A program made the position numbers and the translations under genes. From IMG/VR virus record IMGVR_UViG_3300016476_001599, positions 54,847 to 118,846 of that record: a stretch of DNA of 64,000 nucleotides. One strand, written 5' to 3'. Origin of the DNA: a virus. This document shows, piece after piece, positions 7,658-16,987 of this stretch. A model generated the notes under the pieces. The model had not been told where the DNA came from, searched no databases, and was given only the letters and a program-made list of their open reading frames with translations. Positions within the stretch are counted from its first letter, which is position 1; each line of letters starts with the position of its first letter.

Positions 7658-9510
7658 TGTCAGAAAGAAACCGTAAAATTGCTGAGCATTTAAAAGCTCT
7701 CGCTTTGCTAATTGAAAGCGATTCCGTGTCGCAAACCTGTGCGCAATCGCTTCCAATCCCTGAAGGGTGGCGAGAGCTAAAGCCGTACGAAGTGCCCGAG
7801 GCAACCGATATGTTTGAGAGACTGGGCGGTTGGCATGCGAAAAAATATGTCGGCAGTTCCGAATACAAATGGTACGGCGTTCGCCACATTCGAAAGATCA
7901 AAACTGCCAACCCTTCGGAAACTCCGAATAGCCCGAAGTGGATTCCCAAGGTGGGCGATAAGGTGCGGGTGAACAAGCCAAGCAGGAGAGTTCACGGTAA
8001 GGTCGGTGTCGTTGTCAAGGACGATTCTCGCGAGTATGCGGTTAGGATTGACGGCGAAGATTTCACATCGTATAGCCTAGAAGCCCAATACCTTGAACTC
8101 ATCGCGGCGGCACCACCCGCCGACCATATTGCCGACGCCGACAAAATGGTACCGCCAACGGGTTACCGGTTGCTCGACAAGTCGGCAAAGGTCGAACCGC
8201 GAAAAGCTGGAGATTTGTTTTGGTCTTTAACGCTCGGGGACTGGAAAATCTTGTCTGACGAGGGCGAACAGGACGCAAACCGAGACGACTGGCCAGCATG
8301 TCGAAAGATCGAAACTGCCAACCCTCCGGAAACTCCGGACAGTTCGATCCCTGATCCTGGGCCGGGCTATCGATTGTTGAGCAAAGATCCGCCGGAGCGG
8401 GTTGTTAAGGGTGATGAGTTTTTTGATGGTTGCAAGTGGCTCGGGTCTGGAGTCTGGGTGCATGAAGGCGGGCCACAAGGGTCGTTCTACTACCGCCGCA
8501 AGATCGAGGAGCCAGCCAAGGAGCAAGAAACTCAGTACCGAGAGCCGACATACGCTGACCTTGCAAACGGGCCGATTGAGGTTGAGGTATGCGATAACAA
8601 AACAAACGAATTGAACTGGGTCAAAAGAGCACTGTACGCAGTGCTCCCAAGCAAGTGCAGATTTCGTTACGTTGTCGGTTCTTCCAGAGGTGATGGATTC
8701 ACGGAACACTACAAGTACGCTCGCATCGAGGTAGAGACTGCCAACTCTTCGGAAACTTCGAATAGTTCGCTGCCGTTTGCCGAACTGGTAAAGGGTTTGT
8801 CGCAAGCAATGCAGCGAGATCAGGATCTCGCATGGACTTGGCATTGCAACATAGCGACGGCATCGTGCGACGAAGGTGCTTGCCCTTCTGCGGCAAATCT
8901 TGCCGCCGCACGATTTATGCGTATTGCGTTCGGCGTCGATGTAACAACCTTTGACCAATGGAAGTCGGCTGAATGGCTGAGTTCGCAGCCGCTTGCTATA
9001 CCGGATGGGTGGAGGGAGTTGGAGCCGCACGATTTCCCAAGGCGAAGCGATATGCGTGAAGTTGACGGTTCTTGGGAGTACAACAACACTGATTCGGATG
9101 CAGAGTACAAGTATTGGAAAATTCGCGTAATTCGCAAGATCGAACAGTGGCCGGGCCACGTTCAAGGTGTTTGGGTTGAGGAAGCTGAGGAGAAGCTTGC
9201 CTTTACCCAGGACGAACTAGAGGAGTTAATTGAGAAACGGATCGCAGATCGAGAGCGGATCAAGAAGGAGAAGGAAGAAGCCGATGCGAACGCTAGCCGC
9301 AAGAGCGAGCCCACCGAATGGATTCCCAAGGTGGGCGACAAGGTGCGGGTGGTTGGAGGACTTGCGAATACTGTGGGCGAGGTCGGCATTATCAAGGCAT
9401 TCTGTCCAGTATTGAACGGGGAGTTTTTAGTCTTTACAAGCAATGAGCGTTGCTTTTTGGGGTGGTTCAAGAAAAATGACTTCGAACTCATCGAGGCCGC
9501 GCCACGATGA
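7657..9510 (+). CDS. modular hypothetical protein with KOW-like and repeated small domains
   Basis: WIPKVGDKVRV x2, TANxxETxxS x3, IPxGWRELxP x2, GYRLL x2. Confidence 0.8.
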   Translation: MSERNRKIAEHLKALALLIESDSVSQTCAQSLPIPEGWRELKPYEVPEATDMFERLGGWHAKKYVGSSEYKWYGVRHIRKIKTANPSETPNSPKWIPKVGDKVRVNKPSRRVHGKVGVVVKDDSREYAVRIDGEDFTSYSLEAQYLELIAAAPPADHIADADKMVPPTGYRLLDKSAKVEPRKAGDLFWSLTLGDWKILSDEGEQDANRDDWPACRKIETANPPETPDSSIPDPGPGYRLLSKDPPERVVKGDEFFDGCKWLGSGVWVHEGGPQGSFYYRRKIEEPAKEQETQYREPTYADLANGPIEVEVCDNKTNELNWVKRALYAVLPSKCRFRYVVGSSRGDGFTEHYKYARIEVETANSSETSNSSLPFAELVKGLSQAMQRDQDLAWTWHCNIATASCDEGACPSAANLAAARFMRIAFGVDVTTFDQWKSAEWLSSQPLAIPDGWRELEPHDFPRRSDMREVDGSWEYNNTDSDAEYKYWKIRVIRKIEQWPGHVQGVWVEEAEEKLAFTQDELEELIEKRIADRERIKKEKEEADANASRKSEPTEWIPKVGDKVRVVGGLANTVGEVGIIKAFCPVLNGEFLVFTSNERCFLGWFKKNDFELIEAAPR

Positions 9511-9782
9511 TTAAGCAAAAACTAGCCGAGTTGGTCGATGAACTTTACTCCATGCCGGAATGCGGAGTTGGCGGGCCGTTGCATATTGTTTTAGATGACG
9601 GCAACATCGACGATGAAAGCATCCATTTTTGCATGCGGAAAATGCGAGAGCACGAGACGGTTGTGCGAGGGATGAACGGCAACGCAATAATCGCAATTTG
9701 CGAAGAAATAGTGAAAGCATTGCTAGAATTTACGCAAGAGAAGCGTAAGGAACTTTACGAATTGAACTGGGGAAGATCATGA
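9507..9782 (+). CDS. hypothetical phage protein
   Basis: ATGA overlap; GGPLHIVLDDGN motif. Confidence 0.75.
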   Translation: MIKQKLAELVDELYSMPECGVGGPLHIVLDDGNIDDESIHFCMRKMREHETVVRGMNGNAIIAICEEIVKALLEFTQEKRKELYELNWGRS

Positions 9783-10099
9783 AACGAATCTACATTGCAG
9801 GGCCGATGACTGGAAAGCCGGATTTGAACAGGGCGGAGTTTGATAAAGCTGAGGATTTTATCGACGAATCATCGGAATGCGATTCAATCAGTTTCAATCC
9901 GCACCAAATTGGACGCATGCTTGGATGGGATGAGCAAACGCCGATAAAAGCAATTGCTTCGACACTGCTTCCCGACTTGGCTAGCTGCGATGCCATCTAC
10001 ATGCTACGCGGTTGGGAACAATCGAAAGGAGCTACAGCGGAACACGCTGTAGCGAAATGGATCGGGCTAGAGATCATTTATCAGGGGGAAGCGGAATGA
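9779..10099 (+). CDS. DUF4406 / nucleoside 2-deoxyribosyltransferase-like protein
   Basis: RIYIAGPMTG...NP...CDAIYMLRGWEQSKGATAEHAVA. Confidence 0.85.
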   Translation: MKRIYIAGPMTGKPDLNRAEFDKAEDFIDESSECDSISFNPHQIGRMLGWDEQTPIKAIASTLLPDLASCDAIYMLRGWEQSKGATAEHAVAKWIGLEIIYQGEAE

Positions 10100-10371
10100 G
10101 TTGGGATAAACATCACGACCGAAGAATGGAAGACTTGAGAGTGCTCGGGCCAATTGCGGCAAGGGTGATTCAGGAGGACTCGAACGAACTCAAGAGTCTG
10201 CGAGAAGAAAACAAGAAACTGCGAGAAGAATGCGAGCATTTAAAATCTTTGCTGGTTTCTTCCGATGTACGAGCTTTCTCTAAGGGAGTTGCTTGCTGCG
10301 GAGTGCTTTTTGCGTCTGTTCTGTTGCTTGGTTTTTACTATCTACTGCTTACGGGAGGTTCTTTGAGATGA
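10096..10371 (+). CDS. coiled-coil protein with C-terminal transmembrane helix
   Basis: ATGA overlap; hydrophobic C-terminus. Confidence 0.65.
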   Translation: MSWDKHHDRRMEDLRVLGPIAARVIQEDSNELKSLREENKKLREECEHLKSLLVSSDVRAFSKGVACCGVLFASVLLLGFYYLLLTGGSLR

Positions 10372-10628
10372 GTGGTTTTAAGGTCGGCGACAAGGTGCGC
10401 GTGAACTGCCCTGGAAGGGTAACTAACCGCAAAAAGTGTGTTATTACGGAAGCTGCAAACGGCGAGTACACAGTTAAGCACTTAAACCTGATATCGAAAA
10501 ATCTCAAAGCGGAACACCTCGAACCTGTCGTGGCAGCACCGCAATCCGACCGCAATTCCGACGCCAACAAAAAGGTCAACTTGGAGGAAACTCCAAATAG
10601 TTCGATCCCTGATCCAGGGCCGGGGTGA
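10368..10628 (+). CDS. KOW-like module protein, truncated paralogue of 7657-9510
   Basis: KVGDKVRVN and ETPNSSIPDPGPG shared with 7657-9510. Confidence 0.65.
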   Translation: MSGFKVGDKVRVNCPGRVTNRKKCVITEAANGEYTVKHLNLISKNLKAEHLEPVVAAPQSDRNSDANKKVNLEETPNSSIPDPGPG

Positions 10629-10756
10629 GCCCGGCGAGTCGTTTCTGTTGAGTTTAGTTTTGACGCGGTCAGATTAGCAAACACGCTACTGGTCGCGATA
10701 GCGATTTCGCGTTATCGAATTAACAGGTTACGCTTTTATTTTAACACAGAGGAAAA

Positions 10757-11326
10757 ATGGACATCACATCACCGCCGTATCCGCGAGCTAGTTGTAACAC
10801 CGACAGCCTTTATTCTTTACTTATGTCGCTTGGCGACTGGGTGGAGGAGCACCGCGAATGGGCTGAAGCTAAGGCCGAGGAGGCGAACGCGCCGTTTAAG
10901 CCGTTTCTGCCGGATCTTTCTTTTTTGAAGCAGCAAAAGCTGGATCACTTTAAGACGCTACCGATTTCTTGCCTAGCCTCAAACTGTAGCGCGATGCAGG
11001 ACATTCGTACTTCGTACGACGACATTGTTCGAAACAACGAAGAAGTGGAACAGTGGGAAAGCCCAAGGTGCGTTTTTATGCGACTTACGTTGCTTCGGAA
11101 GACTTCTCTATTTCTGACGGTTGCCTTTCTGGACAAAGAAAAAAGAGAAGCTCGATGCAAAGAGCTTCGTGACAGCGCAGGCGGCGAAGTGCGAGTCGTA
11201 CCCATTGAATCGCTGCCGCCGGATCTGCTGGAACGGATTTTTCCGGCGAAACAGGAGGGCATATCTGACGCCCAGTTTGACAATCTTTTCAACAGCAAAG
11301 ACCTTTTGGAGGGAAATGATGAGTAA
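10757..11326 (+). CDS. hypothetical protein
   Basis: AGAGGA RBS. Confidence 0.7.
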   Translation: MDITSPPYPRASCNTDSLYSLLMSLGDWVEEHREWAEAKAEEANAPFKPFLPDLSFLKQQKLDHFKTLPISCLASNCSAMQDIRTSYDDIVRNNEEVEQWESPRCVFMRLTLLRKTSLFLTVAFLDKEKREARCKELRDSAGGEVRVVPIESLPPDLLERIFPAKQEGISDAQFDNLFNSKDLLEGNDE

Positions 11327-11564
11327 GAAATACAACACCGCGTTTACCGTGGCCTTCAGTGTTGATCACGATTTTGAGGACACGGCGGATGTTCCAATTC
11401 CTCTGCTGATCGCCGGAGCTTTGCGAAGGTTAGCGGACCTTTCGGAGGAGGATCCTCGAGGGGCCGCAGAAGCGTTTGAAGCTTACGACACCTATGAAAT
11501 TCAAATGGGTAAAACGATGTTTGTTACAGCCGAGGAGCAAAGTCAAAAGCCTGACACGCCGTAA
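11316..11564 (+). CDS. hypothetical protein
   Basis: GGAGGG RBS; overlaps the upstream stop. Confidence 0.65.
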   Translation: MMSKKYNTAFTVAFSVDHDFEDTADVPIPLLIAGALRRLADLSEEDPRGAAEAFEAYDTYEIQMGKTMFVTAEEQSQKPDTP

Positions 11565-11607
11565 ACAACACAAAACTCATTTATTTTAAATCCATGAAAG
11601 GTACAGA

Positions 11608-11946
11608 ATGCACCCTTTTAACAAGAAAAGTTTCGATTGCGTTCCTGGAATGCCTCCCGGTTTGGCGGCCAAGCTTGAGGTTTCAAATTCCATGGACCTT
11701 TTTCGGATTGCGGTGGATCACCACACGCAGTATATGGCTCTTGTCGGTGCTGCCTGGGAGGACGTGTCGCCTGTTGTTGCCTGGTTCGAGTCGCAAGGTC
11801 TCTACAAAGAAGGTGTTAGTTGGCTGTACGAAAACACACCGGATACTTATATGCGGATTTTGGCGATAAACCGTCTTTTGGCGGAGTTAGAGAAAAGTCA
11901 AAACTCTGCAAACGGCTTGCAGGCTGAAAATGCCGATAAGATTTGA
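11608..11946 (+). CDS. hypothetical protein
   Basis: AAAGG RBS. Confidence 0.65.
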   Translation: MHPFNKKSFDCVPGMPPGLAAKLEVSNSMDLFRIAVDHHTQYMALVGAAWEDVSPVVAWFESQGLYKEGVSWLYENTPDTYMRILAINRLLAELEKSQNSANGLQAENADKI

Positions 11947-11951
11947 CTTAA

Positions 11952-12344
11952 CTAGCGTTGGCTGCTGACATGGTTCATTTTGCAATCGACAAACTCCGGT
12001 TGTTGAACCAGGTTCGTGATTTCGTTTTTAATCGCGACTCGTTCCCGGTTGTGGTTCCGGATAGCAACAGCGCGTTTGCCGATTTCGGCCAGACCTAGTT
12101 CCAGGTCTAGCCCTCTTCGCAGGTCGTATTCAAGATCCCACATTTTACCGTTGATTTTCTTCAGGCGGAAAATAAGATCCAAAAGCTCCGCATTGTCGTT
12201 GTCGACACCTTCTCGCAGGTAGCTAATTTGCTTCGAAAGCAGCTGTTTGTCTACTTCGGTTTCGGACAATCGTTCCATCTTCAGTTCTGCGATCGTTAGT
12301 CTGTCGCAGAGTTCGTTTATTGGCATTGGGATAGTTTTGATCAT
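11952..12344 (-). CDS. DUF6165-like protein (only credible minus-strand gene)
   Basis: PINELCDRLTIAELKMERL...LKKINGKMWDLEYDLR...NRERVAIKNEI resembles the DUF6165 pattern. Confidence 0.7.
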   Translation of the reverse strand: MIKTIPMPINELCDRLTIAELKMERLSETEVDKQLLSKQISYLREGVDNDNAELLDLIFRLKKINGKMWDLEYDLRRGLDLELGLAEIGKRAVAIRNHNRERVAIKNEITNLVQQPEFVDCKMNHVSSQR

Positions 12345-13452
12345 GTTTAGAAAAATTTTAGCTGTTAGTGATTTGCATTTGTCGGACACTATTTGGAAAC
12401 ACCGGCCTATCCATGGAGACAGTTACCACAGCTGGAACTACATTGTGCAATACGCTGTGACGTCGGGCGTTGACGCTGTAATTCTAGCGGGCGACATCTT
12501 GGACAAGCAACTAAATGTTGCAAATCCGGTTGCGAAGCTGAACGCTGGGCTTCTGAAGCTGCGGGACGCCGGAGTGACCGTGCTTTACAATCAAGGACAG
12601 CATGAGTTCCAACGCGACTTGCCTTGGATGGATGTGGCCGACTTGGGTGCAAAGCATTTAAAGGGAACGTCTGACTTCTGCTTTTCGAACGGCCTTCGGA
12701 TAGCTGGATTCGACTACTGCAACGAGAAAACTCTTGCGGAAAGGCTGGGTGAAATCGCAAAGGATTCTGGACAAGAGTATTTTCTTGTCTGCCACCAGGT
12801 CTGGAAAGATTTCATGGGTGACGTTGGAAAGACGCAAGGTTGCTTTGACGATCTGCCCGCAAACGTCAGATTTATGCTAACTGGCGATTTCCACCAAACG
12901 ATTGTTCGCGAGGTTAGCAAAGATTTGACGGTTTTAAGCCCCGGAAGCACGCATTTGCGTAGCTTGGCGGAGCCGGCGGAAAAGCATTTCTTCGAAATAA
13001 GTGTTAAGCAGAAAGGCTTGTCGATTGAAGTCCGCGACATACCGACTCGAAGGTACTTGGAAGTCAAAACAGGTACTTTGCCGTACTTACAGATTTCTGA
13101 GCAGGTTAAAACGTTTGTCGGACAAGATTTCGGCGATCTCCCGGAGGAGCTGCGGAAACCGATTGTTCGAATTGTCCACGGCAAGGATGATTTTGACTTT
13201 GTACGGCACATCAAAGAGAGTTTTGACAACCTTGCTCATTTGTTTTTCAAGCTGAAGACGATTTCTGTTGACGTTTTAAGCGTGGACACCACTACGGACG
13301 AGAGCCATTTGACGCTTCAAGCTTGTTTGCCGTTTGAGATCGACCCGCAGGGATCGCCTGCGGCCTATGGTTTGGCGTCCGAGCTTTTGGCGGGTGCGGA
13401 TCCGAACACTGTACTTGAACGTTGGTTAGAGGAGAATTTAAATGCAAATTGA
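12343..13452 (+). CDS. Mre11/SbcD-like metallophosphoesterase nuclease
   Basis: SDLH, GDILD, GQHE, CHQ and GDFH motifs; directly upstream of a Rad50-like gene. Confidence 0.9.
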   Translation: MFRKILAVSDLHLSDTIWKHRPIHGDSYHSWNYIVQYAVTSGVDAVILAGDILDKQLNVANPVAKLNAGLLKLRDAGVTVLYNQGQHEFQRDLPWMDVADLGAKHLKGTSDFCFSNGLRIAGFDYCNEKTLAERLGEIAKDSGQEYFLVCHQVWKDFMGDVGKTQGCFDDLPANVRFMLTGDFHQTIVREVSKDLTVLSPGSTHLRSLAEPAEKHFFEISVKQKGLSIEVRDIPTRRYLEVKTGTLPYLQISEQVKTFVGQDFGDLPEELRKPIVRIVHGKDDFDFVRHIKESFDNLAHLFFKLKTISVDVLSVDTTTDESHLTLQACLPFEIDPQGSPAAYGLASELLAGADPNTVLERWLEENLNAN

Positions 13453-15583
13453 GACGGTTGAGCTGAAGAACATAGGTCCCCACAGGGAGTTAACCGCAGA
13501 GTTGGCTTCTGGCATTGTCGGCATAGTCGGCGCCAACGGTGCGGGTAAGAGTTCGTTCGTGAACGCCATCTACGCCGCTTTTACGGGCGATTTCAAACGT
13601 TTCAATGCCGCAACAAAGGCTGAGGTCATTAACAATCAGGCAGCTAAGCACGAAAAGGCTTGGATTAAGATTGTTGGCAACCACGGCGGTAAGCCGTTTG
13701 AGCTGGTTCGAAGCCTGCGACCGAACGAGGTGACCTTCACATACGGCGACAGTGAGATCGAGACGGCTTCGCAGGTCAACGACGCAGTTTTCAAGCTGCT
13801 GGGCCTGACTCCAAGCGTTTTTGATCGTTACGTGTTCGTCGAGCAGTGGGAAATGTTTAGTTTTCTCGATGATACGGAAAGCGTGCGAGCTAAAGCTTTT
13901 CAGCACTTGTGTGGGGTCGAGTCGGCTACTCTGTTACATAAGGCTTGCGTGCAATTCCGGGACAGGCTCACGGCAAAACAGTCGATTGACAACAGCTTAG
14001 ACCTTGAAAGCAACATTGATCAGATTCAGCGGGAAATGCTGCGACTTAAGCGTACGAAGTTTGAAGGCTTGCTGTCTAACGATGAGGCAGCTGAATTGCG
14101 ACAGAAGCGGGATCTTTATCTAAAAGTTTCGCAGCTTGAGTCGCTTAAGTCGCAGGGACTTGTTGATCTCGAAGCATTGAAAAATGTTCTAGTCGACAAA
14201 GAGAAAGTTTTCGAGGCTGTGGAAACAAAGTTTAACAGAGCTGAAACCTGGTTGAAAAAGTACAAGACTTTGATTGAAGCTGCTGTGGGTACTCTACGTG
14301 ACTGGCAGGCACAGAGAGCGCTTCAATCCAAGCAAGTAAATTGCCGCTCACTTATTGGTGACTGGGAGTCGAAGGTTGAAGCGACCGAGGCAGAAATAGC
14401 TTCGCACGTTGCAAAAGCTCCAAGCTTTTCAAAAGAGGAACTTGCGGGCTTGAAAGCAGAACTTCAAGGTTTAAAAACAAAAGCGAAGGAGTTAAAAACC
14501 GCCGCCAGTAACTTGGAGCAAGGCAGTCGGGCTGTGTGTTCTTCGTGCATGCAAGACATTCCTGCGTCTCATTTGGTGAAATTAAAAGCTGAAGCGGACG
14601 CTGTCGAAAGGTTGGCAGTGGAGAAAGCAAGACAGCTCATGACCTTACAGAACTATTACGACCGCGCGGAATATCTGCTTGAGTTACGAAGAGAGCAGCA
14701 AGGTCTTTTAACAAAATACCAAGCGGAGTTGCAGGGACTGTCGCAGGTTTCGCAGTCGCTAGTAACGCAAGATGCGGCAGACAGGGCAACGGCAGCCATC
14801 GAGCAGCGTAAAAAAGCGGAAGCGTCGCTTGCGGAGAGCAAACCGAAGCGCGACAGGTTGAAAGCGGAATTAGACGTGCTGAGAGGCCGCTTATCGAATG
14901 CTGAAAGTCAGCTGCAAGAGTACGAGTCTCAGCTTGCAGCTTTGACAACGCATCTCGGGGCGGCTGACGCGTCGATACAGGCGAAGCTCGAACGTCACGA
15001 CGAGGCTTTACGTCAAAAGGCTGCGGTTTCTGCGGAGTACAAGACTAACGCAACTCAGTTGGGTATTTTGCAGACGACGTTGAATAAGCTGAAAACCTCG
15101 CTTGCCCGCGAAGCCAAGACCAGGTCGTTGGCCGAAGTAGTGGACAGGGTCGCTAACGCTTTTCATTGGTCTGGGCTGCCTAAGCGGGTAGCGCAGAACA
15201 ATTTGATGCAGTTGGAAGCGGACATTAATGCGCAGCTCGAGCTTTTCAGTTCTCCTTTTTTGGTTGAAACAACTGACGATCTATCTTTCAAGGCGACTTT
15301 CCCAGGCAAACCCAGCGTGTCGGCAAGGCAGCTCAGTGGCGGGCAGAAAGTTATCTTGGCCATTGCTTTTCGGGCGGCTTTGGATAGGCTTTTCGGGCAT
15401 AATATTGGAATGTTGTTTCTGGACGAACCTACGGCGGGATTGGACGCAGACAACGTTGCTTACTTCCATGACGCGATGCAGAGCTGGTCTGCAAACGTCG
15501 GGGCGCAGAAGCAGATTATTGTCATCACGCACGTCCAAGACATGACAAGTGCCTTTGACCAAATTGTAACGATCGATAAATGA
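13442..15583 (+). CDS. Rad50/SbcC-like SMC ATPase
   Basis: Walker A GANGAGKS, coiled coil with CSSC zinc hook, LSGGQ signature, LFLDEPT, ITH. Confidence 0.95.
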   Translation: MQIETVELKNIGPHRELTAELASGIVGIVGANGAGKSSFVNAIYAAFTGDFKRFNAATKAEVINNQAAKHEKAWIKIVGNHGGKPFELVRSLRPNEVTFTYGDSEIETASQVNDAVFKLLGLTPSVFDRYVFVEQWEMFSFLDDTESVRAKAFQHLCGVESATLLHKACVQFRDRLTAKQSIDNSLDLESNIDQIQREMLRLKRTKFEGLLSNDEAAELRQKRDLYLKVSQLESLKSQGLVDLEALKNVLVDKEKVFEAVETKFNRAETWLKKYKTLIEAAVGTLRDWQAQRALQSKQVNCRSLIGDWESKVEATEAEIASHVAKAPSFSKEELAGLKAELQGLKTKAKELKTAASNLEQGSRAVCSSCMQDIPASHLVKLKAEADAVERLAVEKARQLMTLQNYYDRAEYLLELRREQQGLLTKYQAELQGLSQVSQSLVTQDAADRATAAIEQRKKAEASLAESKPKRDRLKAELDVLRGRLSNAESQLQEYESQLAALTTHLGAADASIQAKLERHDEALRQKAAVSAEYKTNATQLGILQTTLNKLKTSLAREAKTRSLAEVVDRVANAFHWSGLPKRVAQNNLMQLEADINAQLELFSSPFLVETTDDLSFKATFPGKPSVSARQLSGGQKVILAIAFRAALDRLFGHNIGMLFLDEPTAGLDADNVAYFHDAMQSWSANVGAQKQIIVITHVQDMTSAFDQIVTIDK

Positions 15584-16404
15584 CAGATAGACAAACCGTT
15601 TGTTTGCACGCAGACTCCAACGGCGACGTTTGGAGTCTACAGGCCGGAAAAGGCATAGTTAAACCCAGGTTTGACGTGTTACACGCGTCAGACTTTTGGG
15701 TTGTAGGCCTGCCGTCGAACTATGCAATCCTGACGGAATTGTATTTCGACACTGTAAGGCGTTACAAAGCGAACGAAAAAAGTCTCTCCAGCATATATGT
15801 CGGCTCGGTTTTTCCTTGGCGTCATTTTGACTATAAGTCTAAGGATTTCCTGTATGACGTTGTCGCAGTTTCGCCTGCCAAGCGGCAAGCTTCGCATTGG
15901 CACCTTCTGGACGATGCATCCATCAGCACGTACTTACTTGCTAAAAGTCTATACGACGCATCTTACGAAATGGCGGAATTGGCCTGGCAAAACCATTGTT
16001 TAGCCCCTGTTTTTTCGAGACTAGGATGCGATGCAAATTTAGATCCTGCGATGTTTTTGGTTGCTGACATTTTGGATCCCCGTTGGTTCATGGCAGCAAA
16101 CGGAAGTTTCAAGGCTTTGGAGCGGTACTTTGGGCTTCAAAAGAAGGCGCACAGACTGGCAGACGCGAAATTTTTCATGTTGTCGGACGCCGTTAAAGCG
16201 ATACCTGGCAATAGTTTTTTGCACGCGGAGGCCGAGGTCAGGAATCCGAGAGACAAGCTTTTTGCGCTGCCTAAATTGTTTTTGCATTTTTTTGTGCGGC
16301 ACTGGCTTTCGTGTCAAACGCGACTTTCGTTTTTCGATCCGTCTTTGTTTTTCAAAAGTCAGAAAGCGAAGAAAATGTACTCGACTATTTTTGAGCCACA
16401 GTGA
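15580..16404 (+). CDS. degenerate IS110 transposase C-terminal / Nop-like protein
   Basis: AMFLVADILDPRWF...KALERYFGL resembles IS110 AAxLLAEIGDxxRFxxxxxLxxYxGL; C-terminal KLFLHFFVRHW helix. Confidence 0.45.
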   Translation: MTDRQTVCLHADSNGDVWSLQAGKGIVKPRFDVLHASDFWVVGLPSNYAILTELYFDTVRRYKANEKSLSSIYVGSVFPWRHFDYKSKDFLYDVVAVSPAKRQASHWHLLDDASISTYLLAKSLYDASYEMAELAWQNHCLAPVFSRLGCDANLDPAMFLVADILDPRWFMAANGSFKALERYFGLQKKAHRLADAKFFMLSDAVKAIPGNSFLHAEAEVRNPRDKLFALPKLFLHFFVRHWLSCQTRLSFFDPSLFFKSQKAKKMYSTIFEPQ

Positions 16405-16883
16405 CAGAGTTTATCGCACGCTTACAATTTGTTTCGCCTTGCCTGGGCAATGCTAAAGAACCCGGGTCGGGAAGGTTTTTGTTTAGTAGAAATCGCGAAG
16501 GAAAGATAGTTTTCTTGCCTGCTTGGCACAGATCGAACATGGTGATGGCAGCCAATTTGATATCAGACTATCGCGAAGAAGTGCGACGTATTCTGTGGGG
16601 CATGGTGGTCGAGGTAGAGCTACGTGACAAACGCTGGCATCGAATTTACTATACGAATGCTGCAGGCAGGGAACGTTACTCTGTTCACGAGTCAATCGCT
16701 GCGGGCCAGTTGGCAGAAATAAGCCTTTCGCTTCCTGAGAACCTGCCGGTCGATGCTTTTTCGCGTTTGCTGGGAGTTGCAGGTAAGCACAAAGGCCTAT
16801 CACCGTGGCAACCCGGCACGTATGGTCACTACAGGGTTGTTGACGTGTTTGCGAGACCGACTCTGTTTACGGATAGTGAATAA
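16401..16883 (+). CDS. stand-alone Cas7/Csm3-group RAMP-like protein
   Basis: RLQFVSPCLG, FSRNREGKIVFLP...RS, HESIAAG and C-terminal G-rich loop AGKHKGLSPWQPGTYGHYRV. Confidence 0.6.
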   Translation: MTEFIARLQFVSPCLGNAKEPGSGRFLFSRNREGKIVFLPAWHRSNMVMAANLISDYREEVRRILWGMVVEVELRDKRWHRIYYTNAAGRERYSVHESIAAGQLAEISLSLPENLPVDAFSRLLGVAGKHKGLSPWQPGTYGHYRVVDVFARPTLFTDSE

Positions 16884-16987
16884 AAAACCACCCGAGTTGT
16901 GACCCTCGGGTGGTAATTGGCTTAGCTGTCGTCGTTGCAGCTGATTCCATTTTAGCCGAAACCCTTTTACTTACAATGGGACACAGG
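16883..16987. ncRNA. structured intergenic element with two stem-loops; the first reads as a minus-strand intrinsic terminator
   Basis: ACCACCCGAG-ttgtgacc-CTCGGGTGGT next to an A-run; nested TAGCTG/CAGCTG and TGGCT/AGCCG stems. Confidence 0.5.

Noticed and set aside
15580-16404. Active IS110 insertion sequence
   Set aside because: No clear DEDD or catalytic Ser motifs, no non-coding ends, and the gene is translationally coupled on both sides.
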